This document shows positions 7,112 through 14,940 of a stretch of 33,997 nt of DNA, piece by piece. The DNA is from an uncultured Eubacteriales bacterium (lineage in GTDB: Bacteria > Bacillota > TC1), in assembly GCA_964389165.1 (NCBI GenBank), contig CAYMDI010000001.1, positions 1 through 33,997 of the forward strand. The letters are read 5' to 3'. Position numbers and translations under genes: made by a program. How positions within the stretch are numbered: the stretch's first letter is position 1; the number at the start of each line of letters is the position of its first letter. The notes beneath the pieces are model-generated. The model saw nothing but the letters and a program-made list of their open reading frames with translations, was not told the DNA's origin and did no database searches.

Positions 7112-7948
7112 ATGTGGTATAAGATTGAAGAGATCGAAGCGAAATACGGTCTTACCAAGTTCTCTATCTATGCCCTGATCACGCAGGAACCGGAGCTGCG
7201 GAAGCATATCAAGGCTCTGGAAGGAGTCCTTCAGATTAATGAAGAGGGGATTGGGGTGCTGCTGAAGCATGCCTCCAGGAAGACGGATGATTCCCCCCCT
7301 ACCTATGCGGATAACAATACGATTATTTTTTCAAGAGATAAGAAAGAGGAAGCGGAAGCTCCTGTGGAGCAGGAGGATAAGACAGGGGAAGAAGAGGATC
7401 TCTTCGGCAGCGTCTTCCAGAGCACAGGCTCCTTCTTTGATGAAAAGGAAGAGTCCCTGTCTGCTAATGATGCAGGGCATGAAGAGTTCTTCACCTCCAT
7501 GGGTGTGCGGGCTGATATGGCTGCTGCTGCAGCAGTGGCGGCTGCAGTTCCTGAGGCTGAGGCAGAGCCGGAAGTCCCCCAGGGGGCGGATGAATTTACT
7601 GCAGAGGACTTGGTCTTCCAGGAGGCTCCTGAGCCTCAGGATGATATGGCGGAAGCAGATGAAGTGAACCCTGCTGTTTTCGACGATATTGCCGCAACAG
7701 ATGATTTCTTCAGCGACTATGCTCAGGAAGAGGAAGATTACCTGGCAGAGCCGGAAACCGTGACAGAATTCGAAGCGGCTTCTGATGATGAGTTCACCAT
7801 GGAGGGCTACATTAAGGCCCTGAAAGAGAAGATGATCATTCAGAACGAGCAGATCAGAGCCCTTTCAGCCTATCTGGACGTCAGCCGCAAAATGCTGCTG
7901 CAGGATGAGAAGATTGTAGGGATCCTTGAAGGGATGTACCGGAAATAG
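7112..7948 (+). CDS. hypothetical protein: N-terminal HTH-like segment, long acidic low-complexity tract, C-terminal helical segment
   Basis: GGGAGG lies 7 nt before ATG 7112. The N-terminus YKIEEIEAKYGLTKFSIYALI resembles excisionase/MerR-type HTH_17 helices. The central ~170 aa are very D/E/A-rich. The tail KALKEKMIIQNEQIRALSAYLDVSRKMLLQDEK looks coiled-coil-like. I recognise no family. Confidence 0.6.
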   Translation: MWYKIEEIEAKYGLTKFSIYALITQEPELRKHIKALEGVLQINEEGIGVLLKHASRKTDDSPPTYADNNTIIFSRDKKEEAEAPVEQEDKTGEEEDLFGSVFQSTGSFFDEKEESLSANDAGHEEFFTSMGVRADMAAAAAVAAAVPEAEAEPEVPQGADEFTAEDLVFQEAPEPQDDMAEADEVNPAVFDDIAATDDFFSDYAQEEEDYLAEPETVTEFEAASDDEFTMEGYIKALKEKMIIQNEQIRALSAYLDVSRKMLLQDEKIVGILEGMYRK

Positions 7949-7964
7949 GATCTGATATGAACGT

Positions 7965-7998
7965 AAAAAAGGACCGGGTTAACCGGTTCTTTTTTTTC
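7965..7998 (+). terminator. intrinsic terminator after the acidic protein gene
   Basis: AAAAAAGGACCGGGUUAACCGGUUCUUUUUUUU forms an imperfect GC stem flanked by an A-run and a U-run. Confidence 0.6.
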
Positions 7999-8000
7999 TA

Positions 8001-8029
8001 TTGACAGCCTTTGGCTTTTCCAATACAAT
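8001..8029 (+). promoter_or_regulatory. sigma-A type promoter of the membrane-protein gene
   Basis: TTGACA (8001-8006), a 17-nt spacer, then TACAAT (8024-8029). Confidence 0.6.
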
Positions 8030-8095
8030 GTCTCCAAGAGTGTATGTGAAAGGAGCGGGTAACCTGATTGCAAAAATTGAAGGGAGTTGTTAAAC

Positions 8096-9295
8096 ATGGA
8101 CACACTATGGACCCCTATTTTTGCCTTCATGGTTTTCGCAGTGGCCTTTGGCCTTGGGGATATTGTGGCAAATCGGACAAAAAGCCTGATATCCTCTATC
8201 ATTGTGGGCAGCAGTATCTTTCTTGTAGGATATGTGACTAAAATCATTCCTACGGATGCTCTGGCCAGTACGGGATTGGTAACCTTTTTCGGCGCAGTAG
8301 GCCTGGCCTTGCTGGTGGCGAATCTGGGAACCTTGATGAACCTCGGCCAGCTGATGAAGGAATGGAAGACGGTCCTGATCGGACTAGCCGGATTGGTTGG
8401 TCTGGCTATTGTAGGCTTCACCATCGGGGTGGCCCTCTTTGGTGAGACTGTCGCACTGACAGGAACCGTCCCGATTTCCGGCGGCCTTGTAGCAGCTATG
8501 CTGGTAGCCAATGCAGCGAAGGAGGCCGGGCGGGCGGATATGGCTGCCTTTGCCACTTTGGTCCTGGCTTTCCAGATGTTTGTAGGCCTCCCAGTGAGCG
8601 CATTCCTTCTGAAAAAGGAAGCGGCAAGGCTGCTTGGGCTGAAGGCAGGAGGAAAACTGGAGACGGCTTCCATGGCAGCCAAAGAATATAATCTCAGGCT
8701 TCTTCCCAAAATGCCAGACTGGGCGCTATCTCCCTCTGTGGTCCTGGCCAAGCTGGCCATTGTCCTGGTTGTAGGGAAATTCCTCTCTGACCTGACTATT
8801 GTCAATGGACAGCCTATTGTCCATCCGTATGTAGCCTATCTCCTCTTGGGGATTGTGGCAACAGAAATTGGCTTCCTGGAAAAGCAATCCTTCAACAAGG
8901 CTCAGTCTGCAGGCTTTATGATGGCGGGGATCATGATTCTTCTCCCGGGAAATTTTGCCAGCGTTACCTTGAGCAGCCTGGCCCAGATGGTGGTTCCCCT
9001 TGTAGTCCTGCTCCTTCTCGGGGCCGCAGGCATCGCTCTCTTTTCCTTTATTGCTGGGAAGCTCCTCCGTGTATCCCCCTATGTGGCTATTTCCATCGGC
9101 CTCACTGCTCTTCTGGCTTATCCTGCTACGCAGATTGTAACTGAAGAAGTGGTCCGTTCCCTGGATGTAGGAGAAGAGGACAGGAAATTCGTGATGGATC
9201 AGCTTCTCCCCAAACAGCTTGTAGGAGGGTTTGTGACTGTAACGGTAGCCTCTGTCGTATTTGCAGGCATCATCGTGCCTCTGATTCCGTTCTAA
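8096..9295 (+). CDS. polytopic integral membrane protein, putative transporter of unrecognised family
   Basis: The ~399-aa product is almost entirely hydrophobic with roughly 10-12 predicted helices. AGGGAG (8081-8086) lies 9 nt before ATG 8096. I cannot assign a family by eye. Confidence 0.7.
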   Translation: MDTLWTPIFAFMVFAVAFGLGDIVANRTKSLISSIIVGSSIFLVGYVTKIIPTDALASTGLVTFFGAVGLALLVANLGTLMNLGQLMKEWKTVLIGLAGLVGLAIVGFTIGVALFGETVALTGTVPISGGLVAAMLVANAAKEAGRADMAAFATLVLAFQMFVGLPVSAFLLKKEAARLLGLKAGGKLETASMAAKEYNLRLLPKMPDWALSPSVVLAKLAIVLVVGKFLSDLTIVNGQPIVHPYVAYLLLGIVATEIGFLEKQSFNKAQSAGFMMAGIMILLPGNFASVTLSSLAQMVVPLVVLLLLGAAGIALFSFIAGKLLRVSPYVAISIGLTALLAYPATQIVTEEVVRSLDVGEEDRKFVMDQLLPKQLVGGFVTVTVASVVFAGIIVPLIPF

Positions 9296-9310
9296 ATCTG
9301 AATAAATGCA

Positions 9311-9346
9311 AAAGAGAGCCGGAAGAGTTCCGGCTCTCTTTTCTTT
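9311..9346 (+). terminator. intrinsic terminator
   Basis: A perfect 14-nt inverted repeat pairs AAAGAGAGCCGGAA (9311-9324) with UUCCGGCUCUCUUU (9328-9341), followed by a U-rich tail. Confidence 0.85.
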
Positions 9347-9503
9347 CTGAGAGAACGTTCAAGCCTGGATAATGGCCCTGAACGTATGAGGGGGGAAGCA
9401 GTAAGGGGTATTCCATGCTCTTTGGGGGAAATATTAGTGCATTTTTCCGGAGCAGGAATATAATGAAGGCAGATTCAGGAATATGAGGCGGGGAGGAATA
9501 CAG

Positions 9504-10673
9504 ATGTCAGATATGCTGAAGGCCGCCAAGGCCATTGAGGATTATATTATCAGCTTCAGAAGGGATATTCACGCCCATCCGGAACTGAGCGGTCAGGAGT
9601 ACCGGACCCAGCAGCGCATCATGGAAGAACTGGATGCCTTGGGTGTATCCTATGTAAAAGTAGGAAGCACTTCTCTGATTGCTTCCATTAAGGGCTCCCG
9701 GCCTGGCACGGTTGTGGCTCTTCGGGGGGACATCGATGCGCTGCCGATCATTGAACAAAGCGGTGTGGATTTCAGCTCTCAGAATGAGGGAGTCTTCCAT
9801 GCCTGTGGCCATGATGGTCATCAGGCCATGCTTCTTGGAGCCGTCCGCCTGCTTAAGGAACGTCAGGCTGATCTCGCCGGAGAGGTACGCTTCTTTTTCC
9901 AGGAGGGCGAAGAGACCTTCAGCGGAGCAAAGAAAATCATCGCAGCTGGGGGTATGGAGGGGGTTTCATACATTATGGGAATGCATGGGATGCCCACCCT
10001 TCCCACTGGAAAATATGATATCTCAGGAGGCTATCGGCTTTCCGGGGTGGATACCATCTATATCAGGCTGGAAGGCGTATCCGGTCATGGCTCCTCTCCC
10101 CATCTGGCCAAGGATACAATCCATCCGGGAGCTCTCCTGGTAGCAGATCTTCAGGGGATTATCACCAAAAATGTAGATCCCCAGCAGCCAGTGGTACTCT
10201 CTGTAGGACGTTTCCATGGAGGCACGAAAGCAAATATCATTTCCAAATTCACAGAGATCGATATTTCCATGAGATACTTTGACAGGCAGGTCCGGGATAC
10301 GGTCCATGAAGCGATCCGCCGCCATGCAGCTGCAATCGCCATGGCCTATGAGATTTCTATAGAAGTGGAAATTGAAGAAAGCGCCATCAGCCTTCACAAT
10401 GATGAAGATATGGTCCATATGGCCCAGCAATCAGCCAAGAAAGTCTTCGGACCCCGGAGGCAGCAGAATCACCCACGGCTTATGGCTTCAGAAGATTTTT
10501 CCTTTTATCTTGAAAAAGCCAAGGGGGTTTACGCTTTTGTAGGCTTCCGTAATGAAAAAAAAGGCGCTGTATATTTTCCCCATCATGAAAAATTCATGTT
10601 GGATGAAGATTACCTGAAGTATGGGGCCGCGCTATTCGCTCAGTTCGCTCTGGATGTACTAAAAGAGCGCTGA
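9504..10673 (+). CDS. M20D-family amidohydrolase (N-acyl-amino acid / hippurate hydrolase-like)
   Basis: The HACGHDGH metal-binding motif is present, together with FFFQEGEE and the overall M20D layout. I moved the start to ATG 9504, which follows GGGGAGGAA. Confidence 0.85.
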   Translation: MSDMLKAAKAIEDYIISFRRDIHAHPELSGQEYRTQQRIMEELDALGVSYVKVGSTSLIASIKGSRPGTVVALRGDIDALPIIEQSGVDFSSQNEGVFHACGHDGHQAMLLGAVRLLKERQADLAGEVRFFFQEGEETFSGAKKIIAAGGMEGVSYIMGMHGMPTLPTGKYDISGGYRLSGVDTIYIRLEGVSGHGSSPHLAKDTIHPGALLVADLQGIITKNVDPQQPVVLSVGRFHGGTKANIISKFTEIDISMRYFDRQVRDTVHEAIRRHAAAIAMAYEISIEVEIEESAISLHNDEDMVHMAQQSAKKVFGPRRQQNHPRLMASEDFSFYLEKAKGVYAFVGFRNEKKGAVYFPHHEKFMLDEDYLKYGAALFAQFALDVLKER

Positions 10674-10720
10674 TCCTTTACAGCAACAGCAGATTACCCA
10701 ATCTGAACGCATTACCTCTT

Positions 10721-10763
10721 GGCAGAAGGCTGCAAGACCGGAAGGTGCTTGCAGCCTTCTGCC
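10721..10763 (+). terminator. strong hairpin after the amidohydrolase gene (terminator-like, no U-tract)
   Basis: A perfect 16-bp stem pairs GGCAGAAGGCUGCAAG (10721-10736) with CUUGCAGCCUUCUGCC (10748-10763). The loop is 11 nt and the hairpin is followed by GUCCUAUAC. Confidence 0.55.
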
Positions 10764-10830
10764 GTCCTATACAAACAGGCTGGCCTCACGTATAATATGC
10801 ATAGGATCAAATGGCAAGGGAGGCTTCTCT

Positions 10831-11562
10831 ATGAAAATAATCCTCTGTGAGGATCATCCTGATTTCAGAGCCCGGAATCTGAAGGTGGTTCAGGATTTTC
10901 TGAAGGCTGAAGGGCTTTCAGGGGAAATCTCGGTTTTTTCCACATATCAGGAAACCATGGATTATCTGAAGTCCCTGGATCATTATGATGACTGTCTGTA
11001 CATTCTGGATATCGGCCTTCGTGGGGAAAAGAACGGCTTGCATCTTGGTCGGGATATCCGGGACCTGGATGGATACCAGGGGGAGCTGATCTATGTAACA
11101 GGGTATAGCCATCAGATGGGGAATGTAATCCGCTATAAGCTTAGAATCCTGGATTTTATCGATAAAAATATGCGTCTGGAGCAGGAACTTGCAGAGGACC
11201 TGAAAATCTTTCTTCGCCTTTACAGGGAAAAGCAGGGAAATGGGATATTGTCCTATAAGGAAGGAAAGGAAATCCATCAGATCCAGATAAGGGATATCCT
11301 CTGGATTGAAACGGAAAAGTCGCAGAAGAGGATACTGATTCATACAGCCAGAGAGGAATTCTCCGTTCCTCTTTCATTAAAGGAAGTCCGTGAAAAACTA
11401 CCGGATGATTTCCAGCAGATCCATCGCTGCACCTTGGTTAGCAGGCGTCATGCTTCGGGACTATCTCCTGACCAGGAAGGGCTCTATCTGGAAATGGATG
11501 ATGGCAGCCGGAAGATTGTGGCAAAACGCAGTGAAAGGGATGTGCGGAAATGGTTTATCTGA
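10831..11562 (+). CDS. LytTR-family response regulator (AgrA/VirR/ComE-like)
   Basis: The receiver domain (MKIILCEDHP..., LYILDIGL acceptor Asp region) is followed by a LytTR DNA-binding domain (IRDILWIETEKSQKRILIHT..., FQQIHRCTLVSRRH). Confidence 0.85.
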   Translation: MKIILCEDHPDFRARNLKVVQDFLKAEGLSGEISVFSTYQETMDYLKSLDHYDDCLYILDIGLRGEKNGLHLGRDIRDLDGYQGELIYVTGYSHQMGNVIRYKLRILDFIDKNMRLEQELAEDLKIFLRLYREKQGNGILSYKEGKEIHQIQIRDILWIETEKSQKRILIHTAREEFSVPLSLKEVREKLPDDFQQIHRCTLVSRRHASGLSPDQEGLYLEMDDGSRKIVAKRSERDVRKWFI

Positions 11563-12848
11563 TTCTGACAACCCTCCTCCATCCCTGGCTGATCCAGCGT
11601 TATGGCAGAGAGCCAGTGCGGATTGACTTCCTCAGCATCAGTCTGATCCTTCTGCTGATTCCAGCTAAGGTATTCCTGCATGCTTTCCTGGCTGACAGTT
11701 TCACATATTTTCTTGTGGCCTGGCTTTCTGTCTATCTGCAGACAGTAGTGCTATATAGGAGATTCTCTTCCAAGGATGTGGAACTGTCCTTCTTTCTGAT
11801 GTTGTGTAATGCCTTATTCTACTATATATCTGCTGGCATCCTCCTCTTCCTTACCCAAGGGGTCTCCATTCAGGATGTGGTGAATCTGGAACTGATCGGA
11901 CAGAATAACCCCCTGCAGATCAGCATGACAATCCTCCTCCTTGTCCTTTTCGGAGTCTTCCGGAATCAGATTCATCTTGAATTCCGGGAAGGTGAGGGGG
12001 AAAAGCAGCGCTTTCAAAGCATATTCTTCATTCTTACCATGAATCTTATCATCCTGGTGATGTATAACATGGAGATGCCAGAAGGGGCAAAGCTGATTCT
12101 TTTTGTCATTCTCAATCTTGCTGTAATCACCTTCTATATCCGCAATCGCAATCTGTGGCATGAGACTGCGAAAGATAAGGCGGCTATTCAGGAGCGGAAC
12201 CGCACTATTCAGGAGCTTCACAGCTATGTTCAGACCATTGAGACCCTGACAGACCGTTTTCAGGAGTTCCGGCATGATATGGCCAATATGATGGTTGGTT
12301 TAGGTTTGGACGAGAGCAGGATCCAACGGACCATAGAACTGGTGGAACATGATCTGGCAGGACAGTCAGACTATGGGAACCTCCTGGCGCTGCGTCAGAT
12401 CCACCATCCATCTCTGAAATCCCTTCTTTACTATTATGTGATGAGAGGGAAAGAGGCAGGGCTGAAGATCACATTGAATGTTCTTGGGGATGTGACCTCC
12501 TATCCCTGGCCTGAAGTCCCTGTATCCAGGGTTATGGGAATACTCTGTGAAAATGCGCTGGAAGCGGCACAGGAATCAGAAGATAAGATTCTGGATATCT
12601 TTATTGAAGAACGGAGAGAGAGTCTTACCATTACCATCGGCAACTCCTATCAGGGGAGCATCCAGGATATCCCGGTGCTTTTTGAAAAAGGCTATTCCAC
12701 CAGAATCGGGGAAAGAGGCAGGGGGCTGTATAACCTCCGGGGAATCATTGAGGAGAACCCTGGCTTTCATCTCAAGACACTCCTTCAGGGAAATCTCTTC
12801 ATACAGGACCTGACCTTGAAGAAGGAAGCGGAAGAAGAGCAGGAATAG
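11550..12848 (+). CDS. AgrC/HPK10-like membrane sensor histidine kinase (GHKL ATPase)
   Basis: The N-terminal ~200 aa contain about 6 hydrophobic helices. There is an H-box FRHDMANMM, an N-box CENALEAA and a G-box GYSTRIGERGRGLYNL. The start overlaps the RR stop by 13 nt. Confidence 0.85.
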   Translation: MVYLILTTLLHPWLIQRYGREPVRIDFLSISLILLLIPAKVFLHAFLADSFTYFLVAWLSVYLQTVVLYRRFSSKDVELSFFLMLCNALFYYISAGILLFLTQGVSIQDVVNLELIGQNNPLQISMTILLLVLFGVFRNQIHLEFREGEGEKQRFQSIFFILTMNLIILVMYNMEMPEGAKLILFVILNLAVITFYIRNRNLWHETAKDKAAIQERNRTIQELHSYVQTIETLTDRFQEFRHDMANMMVGLGLDESRIQRTIELVEHDLAGQSDYGNLLALRQIHHPSLKSLLYYYVMRGKEAGLKITLNVLGDVTSYPWPEVPVSRVMGILCENALEAAQESEDKILDIFIEERRESLTITIGNSYQGSIQDIPVLFEKGYSTRIGERGRGLYNLRGIIEENPGFHLKTLLQGNLFIQDLTLKKEAEEEQE

Positions 12849-12866
12849 AGTACAGCAGTAGCAAGA

Positions 12867-12899
12867 AAAGAGGAGGAAGGCCTGGCCTTCCTCCTCTTT
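12867..12899. terminator. bidirectional intrinsic terminator between the convergent HK and htrA genes
   Basis: AAAGAGGAGGAAGGCC (12867-12882) pairs with GGCCUUCCUCCUCUUU (12884-12899). A/U-rich flanks lie on both sides. Confidence 0.8.
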
Positions 12900-12918
12900 C
12901 AGTATACGGTTAATAATC

Positions 12919-13977
12919 TTATTTCAAAGTGAGCCGCACATCCTGCAAACTGCCATTACGGCTGATTTTCAGGGTAATCCTGTCTCCTGGCTTCTGTCGG
13001 AAAAGGACGCTGCGGAGCTGTGCTCCGGTACGGATGTCCTCGCCTCCGATCTGAAGGATGATATCATTGGCCCGGAGGCCCGCAATATCTGCCGGTGAAT
13101 TGGCAGCGACCGCACCGATAAGGACCCCTTCGGGCACATCATAGTATTCTGCCATGGATGCGCTAATATCCACCAGGCCGGATACCCCCAGGTAAGGCCG
13201 GGTGACTTTGCCCGTCGTGATGATCTCTTCTGCAAGAGGCTTCACTGTATTGATCGGGATGGCAAAGCCCAGACCTTCTACCCCGGCAATGGATATTTTC
13301 GCGCTGTTGATGCCTATGAGCTGTCCCAGGATGTTTACCAGAGCGCCGCCGCTGTTTCCCGGATTGATGGCCGCATCTGTCTGAAGGACGGTCATCAGAA
13401 CCTGGACCCCTTGGGCACTGGTGATAGTCAGGTCCCGGGAAAGGGCGCTGATCACACCCACTGTTACGGTGTTTGCAAAGTCAGTGCTGAGTGGAGAGCC
13501 GATGGCAATGGCTGTCTGACCTACCTTCAGGGTGGAGGAGTCCCCCAGTTCCATTGCGGTAAGGCGGTTTTTGTCTTCTAACTGGATGATGGCGATATCT
13601 GCATCGGGATCGCCTCCGATGCGCTGGGCTTTGCTGACCCTGCCATCGGCAAGGCTCACGGAAAGCTCCCCGTCATCCTGGACTACATGATAGTTGGTGA
13701 CGACATAACCCAGGGCGCTGTCAATGATGACTCCAGAGCCAAGGGCTGTGCCGGTGATGCTGTCTCTGGAAATCTGGACAACCGAGGGTATTGTTTTGGA
13801 AACAATATCCGGAAGAGAGACATTCTCACCCAGACGGATTTCGTTTACAGCACTGCTGCCTTCCTCCGGAGCGCTTTCCTCCATAGAGGCCAGGCCTGTG
13901 TAAAGGAGGATCGCCAGTAAAGCGCCCACCATTGCTGTAAGCAGCGTCTTCAGGATTTCAGTCCAGGGAGGTTTCAT
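12919..13977 (-). CDS. htrA: HtrA/DegP-family serine protease with N-terminal membrane anchor and C-terminal PDZ domain
   Basis: The catalytic triad context is present: TNYHVV, DADIAIIQL and GNSGGALVN. A PDZ-like tail follows. I moved the start to ATG 13977 (MKPPW...), 6 nt after AAGGAG. Confidence 0.9.
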   Translation of the reverse strand: MKPPWTEILKTLLTAMVGALLAILLYTGLASMEESAPEEGSSAVNEIRLGENVSLPDIVSKTIPSVVQISRDSITGTALGSGVIIDSALGYVVTNYHVVQDDGELSVSLADGRVSKAQRIGGDPDADIAIIQLEDKNRLTAMELGDSSTLKVGQTAIAIGSPLSTDFANTVTVGVISALSRDLTITSAQGVQVLMTVLQTDAAINPGNSGGALVNILGQLIGINSAKISIAGVEGLGFAIPINTVKPLAEEIITTGKVTRPYLGVSGLVDISASMAEYYDVPEGVLIGAVAANSPADIAGLRANDIILQIGGEDIRTGAQLRSVLFRQKPGDRITLKISRNGSLQDVRLTLK

Positions 13978-13998
13978 ACCATGCTCCTTTGCCAGCAA

Positions 13999-14913
13999 TC
14001 AGAGATTGCTGATGTATTCATAGGCCATCTGGCCTGCCACGGCTCCATCTCCCACAGCTGTGGAGACCTGCCGCAGATTCTTCGCCACCACATCTCCACA
14101 GGCAAAAAGCCCGGGGACGTTGGTTTCCATCTTGTCGCTGACGATAATCTGATCCGCATCGTTTGTATTGAGGATATTCTTCACAAAACTGCTGTTCATA
14201 ATCTGGCCCACGGCTACGAAAACCCCATCCATTGCAATCGTCTGCTGCCGGCCTTCCCGGAGGTTCTCCAACACCAGCTCAGTAACCTTTGTTTCCCCCT
14301 TGATTTCAAGGGGAATGGTATCCATCAGCACATGGAGGTTCGGGTAGTCCGGCAGTTTGTCAACCAGAATCTGGCTGCCCCGGAACTGGTCTCTTCTGTG
14401 AATGAGATAGACCTCGCTGGCAATGCTGGTGAGATAGATAGCATCTTCCAGGGCTGTATTGCCGCCACCCACCACGGCGACCTTCTTCCCTTTAAAAAAG
14501 AAGCCGTCACAGATGGCGCAGTAGGAGACTCCCTTACCCTGGTATTCCCGCTCCCCGGGTACGCCGAGATTCCGGGGATAGCCCCCCGTAGCAATGATCA
14601 CAGCCTTGGCTTCCATAATGCCTGTGGAAATCTCCACCTGGAACTGCTTGTCTTTCTTGGAAACCTTTTTCGCCGTATCATTGATGAGCTGGAAATCTGG
14701 GAAGCCGCTGATCTGCCCATACATGGCATTGGCCAGGTCAAAACCCAATACACCCTGTGCAAAACCAGGGTAGTTGTCAATCTGTTCTGTTTTCAGAAGC
14801 TGGCCCCCTGGGGCTCCTTGCTCGATCATCGCCACTGAAAGGCCGCTTCTCAAGGCATAAAGGGCAGCTGTCATTCCTGAGGGGCCTCCCCCGATCACAC
14901 ATACATCAATCAT
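13999..14913 (-). CDS. trxB: thioredoxin-disulfide reductase
   Basis: The product has an FAD-binding site GGGPSGMTAA, the redox-active CAICDG motif, and NADPH motifs GGGNTALEDA and HRRDQFR. AAGGAG lies 7 nt before ATG 14913. Confidence 0.95.
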   Translation of the reverse strand: MIDVCVIGGGPSGMTAALYALRSGLSVAMIEQGAPGGQLLKTEQIDNYPGFAQGVLGFDLANAMYGQISGFPDFQLINDTAKKVSKKDKQFQVEISTGIMEAKAVIIATGGYPRNLGVPGEREYQGKGVSYCAICDGFFFKGKKVAVVGGGNTALEDAIYLTSIASEVYLIHRRDQFRGSQILVDKLPDYPNLHVLMDTIPLEIKGETKVTELVLENLREGRQQTIAMDGVFVAVGQIMNSSFVKNILNTNDADQIIVSDKMETNVPGLFACGDVVAKNLRQVSTAVGDGAVAGQMAYEYISNL

Positions 14914-14940
14914 GGTATCACTCCTTATCCGTTAATGTCC

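Noticed and set aside
7269-7667. A 132-aa basic (R/K-rich) ORF in an alternative frame inside the acidic-protein gene.
   Set aside because: It is a mirror-image artefact of GAA/GAG/GCT-rich repeats read out of frame, and it has no independent start signals.
7870-8805. A 311-aa minus-strand ORF antisense to the membrane-protein gene. Similar long antisense ORFs occur at 106..747, 5655..6293, 13981..14838, 17700..18446, 19374..19985, 19995..20867, 21120..21707, 22376..22963, 24418..25089, 25086..25721, 27631..28659, 31607..32491 and 32866..33528.
   Set aside because: Every one lies opposite a gene with unmistakable family motifs. They have Arg/Ser/Pro/Gly-skewed low-information composition, lack RBS-start pairs, and are the expected stop-poor shadow frames of GC-biased coding DNA.
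9355-9385. An inverted repeat ACGTTCA-N17-TGAACGT between the transporter terminator and the M20D gene, considered as a possible operator.
   Set aside because: The arms are only 7 bp with a long spacer. The repeat lies about 70 bp upstream of the nearest -10-like element (TATAAT near 9458), and no regulator gene is adjacent. It cannot be distinguished from chance.
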